Below, one piece after another: positions 1 through 8,910 of a DNA stretch of 64,000 nt. Position numbers and translations under genes: made by a program. The notes beneath the pieces were generated by a model, which saw only the letters and a list, made by a program, of their open reading frames with translations, was not told the DNA's origin and did no database searches. Each line of letters starts with the position of its first letter. The first letter of the stretch is position 1. The stretch is from Nannocystis bainbridge (GTDB lineage: Bacteria > Myxococcota_A > Polyangia > Nannocystales > Nannocystaceae): NCBI RefSeq assembly GCF_028368995.1, contig NZ_JAQNDL010000003.1, positions 1,856,001-1,920,000 on the forward strand, read 5' to 3'.

Positions 1-1
1 G

Positions 2-667
2 CGCGACTACAGCCGGCCGCTGCACGGCAGCATCGACCAGATCGAGATCCGGCCGTTCGTCTGGGAGCGCGACCGCGAAGCGATCCTCGCCACATTCCTG
101 CCGGAGTCGATCCGCGGGCGGCTGTGCCGGCCCGAGAACATCGACGCCGTCGCCCGCCACGCGGCAACTTTGTGCGGTGGCCACCCGTACTTTCTCGCGT
201 TGGTCGGCCAGGCGGCGGGGCTGTCGGCCGACGGGCGCAGCGTCAACGTCCCGGTTGTTAACGACGCCGCGCGCCGGCTGATCGCCTCGAGCCTGCCCGA
301 GCTCGTTCGGATCGACGAGCAGGTGTTTTACTCGCATATCTTCGACACGCTCAAGCGCGTGCCGGTGCGCGAGCGGTTGCTAGCGCAGATCCTACTCGTG
401 CACATCGCGGTGCGTACCACCGAGACCGACCGCTGGCTCAACCTCGGTGACGCGCTCGAGGTGCCCGACCTGCTGCGGATCACCCGCGAGGCCGACCGCG
501 AGCGCGCGCTACGGCTGCTCCTCGACGAGGGGGCGGTCGCGCAGGATCCAGCGCAACGGGTGCGAATCACCGTGCCTGTCACGGCGCTCGCGCTGCGACG
601 CGGTGCGGCGCGCCTACGTCACGAGGCGCTCCAGCGGCTCTCCGCGTCGACTGGCGGACCGTCATGA
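2..667 (+). CDS. C-terminal part of AAA+/STAND-like ATPase (5' end outside window)
   Basis: Frame 2 is open from base 2 (RDYSRPLHGSIDQIEIRPF...). It contains CGGHPYFL (GxP motif of the STAND/AAA helical domain) followed by a wHTH-like tail. ATGA overlap with the next gene. Confidence 0.65.
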   Translation, partial: RDYSRPLHGSIDQIEIRPFVWERDREAILATFLPESIRGRLCRPENIDAVARHAATLCGGHPYFLALVGQAAGLSADGRSVNVPVVNDAARRLIASSLPELVRIDEQVFYSHIFDTLKRVPVRERLLAQILLVHIAVRTTETDRWLNLGDALEVPDLLRITREADRERALRLLLDEGAVAQDPAQRVRITVPVTALALRRGAARLRHEALQRLSASTGGPS

Positions 668-2562
668 CCATAATCCAGACCCTCGACCTCGAACCTCTCG
701 TCGCTGACGTCGTCGCTGACGTCCTGCACTCGACCGCGCCGGGCAGCGTCAATGTCGTCGTGCCGCCGGGCTTCGGCGACCGCATCGTTGGTTCGGCGAT
801 CGTCGAGCGGCTGCGCGAGGCCGCCGGTGGAGTGCCGGTCGCCGAGCTGACGATGGACGAGATCCCCGACGTCCGCACGTTCATCGCCCGCCTCGCCGCC
901 GGGCTGTGTCGCCCGTTTGCGGCCGACGCCGCCGACTCCGACCTCGCGCTCAAGAGCTTGCTGCGTGCCGGCGAGCACCCAGCGATCTACGTTCTGCGCC
1001 GCTTCCACTGCACGCTCGACACGCTACCGCCGTGGATGCTCGCGTGCCTGCGTACCGCCGAGGAGGACAACCTCGCGCGCGCCGTGGTGATGGCCCCGGC
1101 CTCGCACCGCCGGCTCAAGCGACGGTGGGAGAAGAAAGGCCACCCCATGATCGCCAGCGACTACGGGAACAGCCATGACAAGCGGATCGTCCGCCTGCGT
1201 GGCGCAGCTGCGATCGCCACGCTACGCCCAAAGTCGGTGCCGCCCCACGTGTATGCGTACGCGCTCAAGCTGACCGGCGGTTATCCCGAAGTGCTGGCGC
1301 GGGTGCTTGGCGCGTGGGAGCGCGGAGGCGCTTCGATCAAGCTCGACCGCGTCTTGCAGCAGAAGCTGTGCGCGGAGGCGCTCGCCGGGCTCGTGCGGTT
1401 CGCCGAGTGGCTCGACCACGATGACGACGCGTTCTTTCAAGGCAAGGTGATCGACGTGTATCACCGCTTCGACCGCGACGACGCGGTCGAAGCGGTGCGG
1501 CAGCACGAGTTGCACGAGCTGATCCTCGACGGCGACGAGCTGCGGGCCGGGTCGCTCGGGCCGGCCGCGCTCCAGTGTCAGCGCGAGGCGCTGCTGCGCG
1601 AGGACCCGAACGGTCAGCGGCGGGCGCGGGTGCGCGCGCGGCAGCTGTATCTTCGTGCTGACTACTCAGAGGTGCTGCGGCTGCTCGCCGACGAACCGCG
1701 GCCGGCCGCGGCGACCGAGCTGCTGCGCCACCACGCGACGATCATGCACCTCCTCACCGACGTCGAACCGGGCCTTGACACCGACTGGCCGGCGCTGCTC
1801 AAGGCGATCGGCGAGGCGCAGCGCTGGCTCGATCGCAACGCCGAGGTCGATGAGACCGGCCAGCTGCGCCGCCGGTACGCCGACCTGTCGCAGATCGCGC
1901 GGACCATCCACGGCATTTCCGACGTGCGCATCGTCGACCGCCTCGGCGAGCCGGTCGCCGACGACGGCTTCGACCACGACCGCGTCCGCGCGGCGCTGTT
2001 CCTGCTGACGCTCCACTTCGACGGCGCCAACCGGCGCCGCGGCCCCGCCGGCGCGCTGCGCGACGGGCTCGCGCTGCCCGAACAGCTGCTGCGCGTGTGG
2101 GCACGCTGGCAGCTCGGGCTGGACTACTACCGCGCGCCGGTGCTCGACCCGGCGATCGTCGCCGCGTTGACGCAGGTGTGGGACAAGCCCGACAGCCCGC
2201 TGAAGCTGCCGACCGTCGGCGAGTCCTTCCCCAGCTTGTGGAGCTTCGCGCTGTACGCCGGCGCGCTGCTCGACGCGCGCGCGCTCGGCGAGCGCGCGCC
2301 CGAACGCAGCGCGCAGGAACTGATGAAGTCGCTGCAGTTCCTGGTCGCCCGCAACGACCCAGCACATGCACTGGCGACCGCGAAACGTGCCCTTCGGGAC
2401 AGGTACCTCGAGCTGTGCGACCGCTGGCTCACCGCGGTTTTCGCCGTTGCACCCGCCGTCGGCGACCTCACCCGCGGTGAGCTACTGCGGATCCTCCTAC
2501 CGCTGCCGCTGCTCGAGGATGGGTCGCTCGACTGGTCGCCGGCCGTCAGCGACGGCCGCTAA
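664..2562 (+). CDS. Degenerate STAND-like NTPase with C-terminal HEPN-like domain
   Basis: Degenerate Walker A (VVVPPGFGDR), degenerate Walker B (IYVLRRFH), TGGYP motif, helical middle region and C-terminal RNDPAH (RxxxxH) at 2350-2367. Confidence 0.6.
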   Translation: MTIIQTLDLEPLVADVVADVLHSTAPGSVNVVVPPGFGDRIVGSAIVERLREAAGGVPVAELTMDEIPDVRTFIARLAAGLCRPFAADAADSDLALKSLLRAGEHPAIYVLRRFHCTLDTLPPWMLACLRTAEEDNLARAVVMAPASHRRLKRRWEKKGHPMIASDYGNSHDKRIVRLRGAAAIATLRPKSVPPHVYAYALKLTGGYPEVLARVLGAWERGGASIKLDRVLQQKLCAEALAGLVRFAEWLDHDDDAFFQGKVIDVYHRFDRDDAVEAVRQHELHELILDGDELRAGSLGPAALQCQREALLREDPNGQRRARVRARQLYLRADYSEVLRLLADEPRPAAATELLRHHATIMHLLTDVEPGLDTDWPALLKAIGEAQRWLDRNAEVDETGQLRRRYADLSQIARTIHGISDVRIVDRLGEPVADDGFDHDRVRAALFLLTLHFDGANRRRGPAGALRDGLALPEQLLRVWARWQLGLDYYRAPVLDPAIVAALTQVWDKPDSPLKLPTVGESFPSLWSFALYAGALLDARALGERAPERSAQELMKSLQFLVARNDPAHALATAKRALRDRYLELCDRWLTAVFAVAPAVGDLTRGELLRILLPLPLLEDGSLDWSPAVSDGR

Positions 2563-2636
2563 ACGATGCACTTCGCGCGGAGGGAGATGTCAGACAGCAT
2601 CGCGTGGTGAGTCGGGGTTGGTTGCTTCGCGGCTCG

Positions 2637-3147
2637 TCATGTTGCCTTGCTCTCCAGTTGCGCCCAGAGGGCGCCGATGACTTCGCGGCCGCCGAGTTGG
2701 TCGCCGACGAAGGTCTCCAGCAGCTCCCATTCGGGCTGGTGGGCACGGGCCTTGACGAGCTCGTCCCAGGTGTCGAAGTCCTGCACTGCAGTTGCGAAGA
2801 TCAGGCCGACGCCGACCCGCATAGCCTCCTCCTTCATCATCTCGCTACGTTCCTCGTCCTGGTACTGCTCCTCCGTAACATGGAAGAAGGCGTAAGAATG
2901 GGTCGAGAAGCGCCGATGCACCGACGCTTCGTGGATCCCGCGCATGTCGAAATTAGAAGACAGCTTGGCCTCGAAGGTGATGACCTCGAGGATGTCATGG
3001 TTGATGAGCGGAAAATGCTTGATTCCAATAACGACGGCGTCGGGGCGGCTCCACTTGCCGGTCTTCTTGCAGGAGGCGAGTGTTGCCGATGCTCCGGCCG
3101 GTGGGGACGAGATGGAGGAAAGCTTGTTGCTCGGGGGTCAGGGCCAT
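2637..3147 (-). pseudogene. Internally deleted/frameshifted PD-(D/E)xK nuclease-like gene
   Basis: ATG at 3147 gives MALTPEQQAFLHLVPTGRSIGNTRLLQE. A different frame then carries KTGKWSRPDAVV...EVITFEAK...HEASVHRRFSTHSY to the stop at 2637, with no start codon of its own before the PD motif. Confidence 0.65.
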
Positions 3148-3162
3148 GGTGCGGGTTTCGAG

Positions 3163-5940
3163 TCAGGGGAGGTTGTAACGGGCATCGATCGAAAGTTGTG
3201 GTTCTTCGGCGCCTGCCCCAGCATCCCTTCCCAGCCGATCATGGAGCGCAAGCAGGAGCTCGGCGTCGAGGGCGGCGTAGCGGAGTTGCTCTTTGGAAAG
3301 GGGGCGGCGGCCCCACTCGGAGGTCTGTGCGGATTTGTCGACCTGGAGGCCGAGCTCGCGCTCGCAGACCACGGCAAGGCTGTGTCCGCCGAGGATCTTC
3401 GATCCTCGGACACGGCGGGATACCTCCATGGTGTCGAAGACGCCCTGGAGCGGGACACCGACCCGGCCGAGGACGCGGCGCTCGAAGCGGGCGTTGTGGA
3501 TGACCTTGCGGGGGCGCGGGGCGTCGAAGACGGCTTGCAGGGGGCCGAGCTCGCCGACAGCGAAGGGGTCGATCAGGTATGTCCGGGTTCGGGTGGCAAC
3601 CTGGATGAGGCAGAGGGTGCCGAAGTCGAGCGCCGTCTCGACATCGAGGCCAAGCACCTCCTCGGTGCGGAGCACGTCGCAGACGGTGCGCAGGGCGGCG
3701 GGCGTGTCGACCCAATGAACTTCGTTTTTGGGGGCGACGCTCGTCGGTTCGGTGGGAAGCCGCAGCTCGAGCGCGATGGGGCGACTCGGTTCGATGTCCA
3801 CCAGGCGGGCGCCAAGCGGTCGTGTGAGCGCGCGAGCGCCTTCAACGGTGATGCCACCGAGGAACTGGAGTGCCCCCGCGAGGTCGAGCAGCCGCTCGGC
3901 GAGGAGACGGTCCTCGGCGTCCTCGGGCAGGCAGGGCTGGAACTTACTGACTATGCCGCGGGCCATGCCGCGGGCGGCGTTGGCGGCGGTCCTCTCCCAA
4001 TTGACCTCGGCGAGCTCGCGCACTGCTTCGCGCGCGAGGGCGAGCGGGAGGTCTTTACAGCGCATGGAGAGATTGCCTGCGACCCAGCGCTTGCCGGACT
4101 TCGCCTCGAGGCCGGCGGCGAGGAGTCGGTTGACGGCGCCGCCGGCGAAGGTATGCCAAAGGACGCCGTCGGGCAGTTCTTCGAGCGGAGCGCTGCCCTC
4201 GGCGAGGATACCGGCGTAGGAACCGCGGAGCATCTGCAGTTCCTGGGCCGCCGCTTTCGTGAGCCAGGCGTCCTCCTCGCCCGCGCGCGCGAGCACGTCG
4301 CGCATCGCCTGGCAGAGCTGCATCGATAGCGTGCCTGGGAGCCCGAGCCAGCTCGGGACACGGCCGTGCTCGGCCGGCCGGACGTGCAAGACTCCCTTGG
4401 ACCAGTCGACCGAGCCGACCTCCCACGCGCGCCCCGAGAGCCGGAAGCACAGCGGCCCCTGCTGGTGGTCGTGCATCGAGACGAAGAGCGCCTGGATATA
4501 GCCGACGTCGTCCTTGCCATGCTGGATGCGCATCACCGGCGGGGCGGTGAATACGGCATAAAGCTCGAAGAAGTTACGGCGGCCGTAGAGCTTCTCGCCG
4601 CGCTGGCCGAGCGACAGCAGGCCGTCCGATTCGTAGAGGATGTCGCGCTGGAGCATCGTGTCGACGAGCTCGTGTAGGCGCTCTGGGTGGACGCTCGAGA
4701 ACGGATAGGCGGCTTCGATCCACGGCAGCAGCTGGTGGCGCGAGATGCCGCCCTCCTGCAGGACGAGCGCCATCACCTGATGCGCGAGCACGTGCATCGC
4801 TTGCGACGCGGGCTTCACGTCCTCGACCCAGCCCGATTGGGCGAGGCGCAACAGCGCGACCGACTGCAGGAGGGACTCTGGGCTCAGGCAGAAGAAGGTA
4901 CAGTTGGCGCGGGTGTTGGCACGGCGGCCGGTGCGCCCGAGGCGCTGGAGGAACGAGGCGACCGAGCCCGGGGCGTCGACCTGAATCACCTGATCGAGGT
5001 CGCCCACGTCGATCCCGAGCTCCATCGTCGACGTGCAGACGATCGCGGTGTTCTGACCGCGGGCGAACTGCTCCTCGGCGAGCGCCCGGTCGGCACGGCT
5101 GACGGAGCTGTGATGAATGAACACCTCGACGCCTGAGCCGCCGAGGGCCTGGGCCACGCGCTCGGCCTTCGAGCGGCTCTCGACGAACACGAGGCTCTTC
5201 TTGTCGCGAGCGATCTGGGCGATGCCGAGGGCGGCGTGGCCGATGTCCTCGCAGTGCTCGACGCGGAGCTGCCGCTCGGCCGGGGGGCGCGGCGGGTCGA
5301 CGAGCCGGAACGGGCGCCGGCTCGAGCCCTGGAGCCACTCGCCTATCACGAGCGGATTGCCGACCGTCGCGGACAGGCCGATCCGCTGGATGTCGCGCCC
5401 GCAGAACGCGCCGAGGCGCTCGAGCAGGGCGGCTAGGTGAGCGCCGCGGTCGTCGCCGGCGAAGGCGTGAACCTCGTCGATCACGACGGCGGACAGGCCC
5501 CGGAAGAGCGCGCGGGCGTCGGTGCGCTCGCTGATCATCATCACCTCGAGCGACTCGGGAGTCGTCATCAAGATGTGCGCGGGGGCGTCACGGAAGCGGT
5601 GCTTGCGAGCGTCGCCAACGTCGCCGTGCCACTTGAAGACCTCGAGGCCGACCATGCGCGCGTAGCTGGTGAGCCGCTCCTCCTGATTGTTGAGGAGAGC
5701 GCGGATCGGGCACACGTACAGGACCGAGACGGGTTGGAGGTTCTCGCTGAGGATCCGCGAGAGCAGCGGGAAGATCGCCGCTTCGGTCTTGCCGCCGGCG
5801 GTCGGGGCGAGCACCACCGCGTTGCAGCCGTCGAGCACGGCGTCAATCGTCAGTTCCTGGACCGGGCGCAGCGAGCGCCAGCCGAGATCGTGGACGATCG
5901 CGTGCTGGAGGTGAGGATGAAGGCGGTCGATGCCGGGCAT
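3163..5940 (-). CDS. brxHI: BREX-2 Lhr-like DEAD/DEAH helicase BrxHI fused to a C-terminal DEDDy 3'-5' exonuclease
   Basis: APTAGGKT, DEVH, LSAT, ELGIDVG and QRLGRTGR helicase motifs; C-terminal LDVET / HNARFE / YAALDA exonuclease motifs; last intact gene of the pgl operon. Confidence 0.85.
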   Translation of the reverse strand: MPGIDRLHPHLQHAIVHDLGWRSLRPVQELTIDAVLDGCNAVVLAPTAGGKTEAAIFPLLSRILSENLQPVSVLYVCPIRALLNNQEERLTSYARMVGLEVFKWHGDVGDARKHRFRDAPAHILMTTPESLEVMMISERTDARALFRGLSAVVIDEVHAFAGDDRGAHLAALLERLGAFCGRDIQRIGLSATVGNPLVIGEWLQGSSRRPFRLVDPPRPPAERQLRVEHCEDIGHAALGIAQIARDKKSLVFVESRSKAERVAQALGGSGVEVFIHHSSVSRADRALAEEQFARGQNTAIVCTSTMELGIDVGDLDQVIQVDAPGSVASFLQRLGRTGRRANTRANCTFFCLSPESLLQSVALLRLAQSGWVEDVKPASQAMHVLAHQVMALVLQEGGISRHQLLPWIEAAYPFSSVHPERLHELVDTMLQRDILYESDGLLSLGQRGEKLYGRRNFFELYAVFTAPPVMRIQHGKDDVGYIQALFVSMHDHQQGPLCFRLSGRAWEVGSVDWSKGVLHVRPAEHGRVPSWLGLPGTLSMQLCQAMRDVLARAGEEDAWLTKAAAQELQMLRGSYAGILAEGSAPLEELPDGVLWHTFAGGAVNRLLAAGLEAKSGKRWVAGNLSMRCKDLPLALAREAVRELAEVNWERTAANAARGMARGIVSKFQPCLPEDAEDRLLAERLLDLAGALQFLGGITVEGARALTRPLGARLVDIEPSRPIALELRLPTEPTSVAPKNEVHWVDTPAALRTVCDVLRTEEVLGLDVETALDFGTLCLIQVATRTRTYLIDPFAVGELGPLQAVFDAPRPRKVIHNARFERRVLGRVGVPLQGVFDTMEVSRRVRGSKILGGHSLAVVCERELGLQVDKSAQTSEWGRRPLSKEQLRYAALDAELLLALHDRLGRDAGAGAEEPQLSIDARYNLP

Positions 5941-5943
5941 CAG

Positions 5944-8907
5944 CTATTGGACATCCTGTGATCGGGCTGACGAACCAGGACCAGGCTCATCGTCGGTCCT
6001 GGCGTCAGAGGTAGCGCTTCCCTGGGCTTGCTGGTCGTGGACCTTCATATTGTTGTGTGTGGGCGCTTCAAACGAATCGCCGATCGATCTAATTGCCGAC
6101 AGTGGAATAAAGCCGTCGGGCCATCGTGTGAAAGTGTCGAATCTTACCCGAGCGAGGTCTACGTGAAGGTGGAACACACCTGCGAGACTCGCGCCTTCGA
6201 AATTCACACCTTCGAGATTCGCGCCAAAGAGATTTGCTTCTTCAAGGTCGGCGCCTGCGAAATTTGCCTTCTGCAAGTCCGCGTTGGCAAAATTCGCATC
6301 AAAGAGGGTTGCGTTACAGAACTTTGCGCCATACAGGTTTGCGTCTTCGAGATCTGCATAAACGAGGTCCGCCTCACAAAGATCCGCACGAAGGAGGTCG
6401 GCTCGAATAAACGACACACTGTTGAGATTCGCCCCGTAGAAACTTGCCAGTCTGAGGTTCGCACCCGCGAGATGCGCACCCTTGAGATTTGCCCCCCTGA
6501 AATTTGTCCCTTCAAGGCTTGCACCGTCAAGATTCGCGCCTTCGAGGTGCGCGCCTTCGAAATTCGAGCCTTGGCCGACGAGGCCAAGAAGCAGCGACCC
6601 CGGTTTCACAATGACAACAGGAGCAAAAAACATCGGAGGTTTCTTTCTTACGATCGTCCACCATGTCGAAATCGTCAAGAGCACCGAGCCGTCTCCGATA
6701 TCGAAACACTCGTCAAGGCGCTGGGCGAGATGACAGCCGATGGCGAGGGCTGCTTGCCGCACCAGTGTCCGCTGGTCATTGCGGAATGTAGGTCGACCAT
6801 CGCTCGTGCGGACCGCTTCGTCTTCAACGGTCGCTCGGGCCCAGTCGAGAAGGCGTCGACGATCTTGTTCTCCCCACATGTCGAGACGCTCGCGCAGGAA
6901 TAATAAGACCCTCGAATCGCTCTCCACGAGCGGGGCACCGGAGATGCCCTCCTCAAGTGCATCAAAATTGTGGCGGCCGGCAGTGAGTAATCGCCGTAAC
7001 TGCCGCTCCCAGAACCGCGCGGCCGCGAACTCCAGGAACGAACGGTGACCGAAGAAAAATTGTGGACTTCCGCCAGCAAATTGCGCCTGCATGCCAAGCA
7101 AGAGTCCGATCCGCACCTGCTCGAGTGTTGACTCAGAGATGCCCAGATCGTTCTCGAGCACAGCCAAGATATGCCAGCGTGACAGGGCCAGACCTGAAAA
7201 TTCACGCCGCATCGCCTCCCAGGCAACTCGATCCATTAGCAACCGAATTGCTTCAATGGCGGAACGTCGGCCCCCCTCCTCACCCTTCCACGGTGGCAAC
7301 TCGCCCCGGCTGACCAAGGTCTCACGCGCTCGCTCGGCTGCTTCCTTGATCTGAGGGTGGACTTCGCCGCTGCGCTGGTATTTGCCGGTCGCCAGCGTAT
7401 CAAAAAACGCTTCGTAGATCTGGACCTGGGGTATAATTCCCTCCTTCCGCGCATAGGTCGGCCACGTCAGCACAAGCATGAAAAGGAGAATCGGAATTTG
7501 TGCGAGGTCGGTAAGACCGTGCAATGCGATATTCTCGCGGGTAGGTCCTGCGTTCGGCCAGGCCCACAGCCACTCATCTATCTGCCTCTCGTCAAACCTC
7601 TGAAGCTTGACGTGCGGAATCACGTGTTCTCTGCTTTTGGCGTCAAGTTGAGACAACGCCTCGGGCCGCGAGAAAACAATGAAGCGCTGTTCGTCTGAGG
7701 CATAATCGAAGAGTTCCCGGAGCAAGTTTCGTGCTTGCTCCGTGTTCATCGCTAATTCGTCCAGGCCGTCCAGAAGGATCACGGCGTGTCCCTCCCGTGG
7801 TGGCGCAAACGCAGGATCGTCAACTCTTAGCGAAACCCCGATCGCTTCCGCGCTACGCTTAAGCGCGCGTCGGATAACGTCGTCCAGACTTTGATGGGCT
7901 ATCGAGCTATCGGCGCAGCGGACATAAATTGGAAAAACCCGCTGACAACTTGGATCAATACTATTAGGATCGAGATACGCTGAAGCCCAACGCCATGCCA
8001 GCGTCCGAGCTGTCAATGATTTGCCCATTCCAAAATCGGCGCTAACACACACAACCTTATGTTGGCACAGCAACTCCGCGAGCAACGTGAGCACTGGTCC
8101 AGTGCGGGTCCCTTTGCCCAAATCATATTTAGCATTCGGTTCGACATACGACTGCTCGAGCGGCAGATCAGGAATTCCCTCTGAGGTGTCCACTCCGGCG
8201 AACACGTGCTTGTGCCGCCATGCGGCTATGTCGGTCACCAAGAGCCGGCGCAATGCTTCGCCGCGCGGCAGGCCGTCAGTCAGTAGGGTGCGCAGTTCAG
8301 CGTTGCCGCCGCGGGCCAACACCTCGCGGAAGGCGCGCGTGAAAGCGCGCTCGAACGTTTGTACGTCGCCATCTTGTTCGCGCGGCAGCAGCGGGGGGGC
8401 GTCAACGGTGACCGCGGGGTCGGTGAAGGCCGCCCACAGAGCTTGGTACATCGGGCTCGCAGTCGGCGTCTCCAGCCAGGTATCACGCGGCAGCGGAGAT
8501 GGAGTGGCGCGTCCCAGCAGGTCCAGCGCGAACTTGATCGCAGCTTCGACCTCTTGCAGGCGACCGCGTACCCAGGTGGGGGCAAACCATTTGCCCCACT
8601 TGTTCGGGCGGCCAGCCATTTCGCCGCTTCCGCCCCAGTACACCGCGAGCGCCTCCCCGAAACATGCTACGTGAATGGCCCACAGGTGTACGGCTTGCTC
8701 GGGCCGAGCGGACGCCGGCGCGAGAGATTTGAAGAGGTCGCTGGCCTTTCCGATTACGTCCGCGCCGAGCCCGAGCAGTTTCGTCAGCCAGCCGAGCCGA
8801 TCCTGGGTGGGGAACGTGGTCCAGCCGTCCCAGACGGACAATTTGCAGCCGCTTTCCAGCAGCTTGATCGACGACGTGACTAGCGCGAGCGTTACGGGGT
8901 CGGCCAC
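5944..8907 (-). CDS. NACHT NTPase with C-terminal pentapeptide repeats
   Basis: Walker A ADFGMGKS, Walker B ILLDGLDE, PILL motif, FxHRSFLEF wHTH motif and A(N/D)Lxx repeats; more AT-rich than neighbours. Confidence 0.85.
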   Translation of the reverse strand: MADPVTLALVTSSIKLLESGCKLSVWDGWTTFPTQDRLGWLTKLLGLGADVIGKASDLFKSLAPASARPEQAVHLWAIHVACFGEALAVYWGGSGEMAGRPNKWGKWFAPTWVRGRLQEVEAAIKFALDLLGRATPSPLPRDTWLETPTASPMYQALWAAFTDPAVTVDAPPLLPREQDGDVQTFERAFTRAFREVLARGGNAELRTLLTDGLPRGEALRRLLVTDIAAWRHKHVFAGVDTSEGIPDLPLEQSYVEPNAKYDLGKGTRTGPVLTLLAELLCQHKVVCVSADFGMGKSLTARTLAWRWASAYLDPNSIDPSCQRVFPIYVRCADSSIAHQSLDDVIRRALKRSAEAIGVSLRVDDPAFAPPREGHAVILLDGLDELAMNTEQARNLLRELFDYASDEQRFIVFSRPEALSQLDAKSREHVIPHVKLQRFDERQIDEWLWAWPNAGPTRENIALHGLTDLAQIPILLFMLVLTWPTYARKEGIIPQVQIYEAFFDTLATGKYQRSGEVHPQIKEAAERARETLVSRGELPPWKGEEGGRRSAIEAIRLLMDRVAWEAMRREFSGLALSRWHILAVLENDLGISESTLEQVRIGLLLGMQAQFAGGSPQFFFGHRSFLEFAAARFWERQLRRLLTAGRHNFDALEEGISGAPLVESDSRVLLFLRERLDMWGEQDRRRLLDWARATVEDEAVRTSDGRPTFRNDQRTLVRQAALAIGCHLAQRLDECFDIGDGSVLLTISTWWTIVRKKPPMFFAPVVIVKPGSLLLGLVGQGSNFEGAHLEGANLDGASLEGTNFRGANLKGAHLAGANLRLASFYGANLNSVSFIRADLLRADLCEADLVYADLEDANLYGAKFCNATLFDANFANADLQKANFAGADLEEANLFGANLEGVNFEGASLAGVFHLHVDLARVRFDTFTRWPDGFIPLSAIRSIGDSFEAPTHNNMKVHDQQAQGSATSDARTDDEPGPGSSARSQDVQ
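6170..6570 (-). repeat. Pentapeptide-repeat coding region (15-bp period)
   Basis: GSNFE GAHLE GANLD GASLE GTNFR GANLK... in the translation; boundaries approximate. Confidence 0.85.
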
Positions 8908-8910
8908 GGA

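Noticed and set aside
700-723. 12-bp tandem duplication (VADV-VADV)
   Set aside because: Short in-frame duplication with no evident significance.
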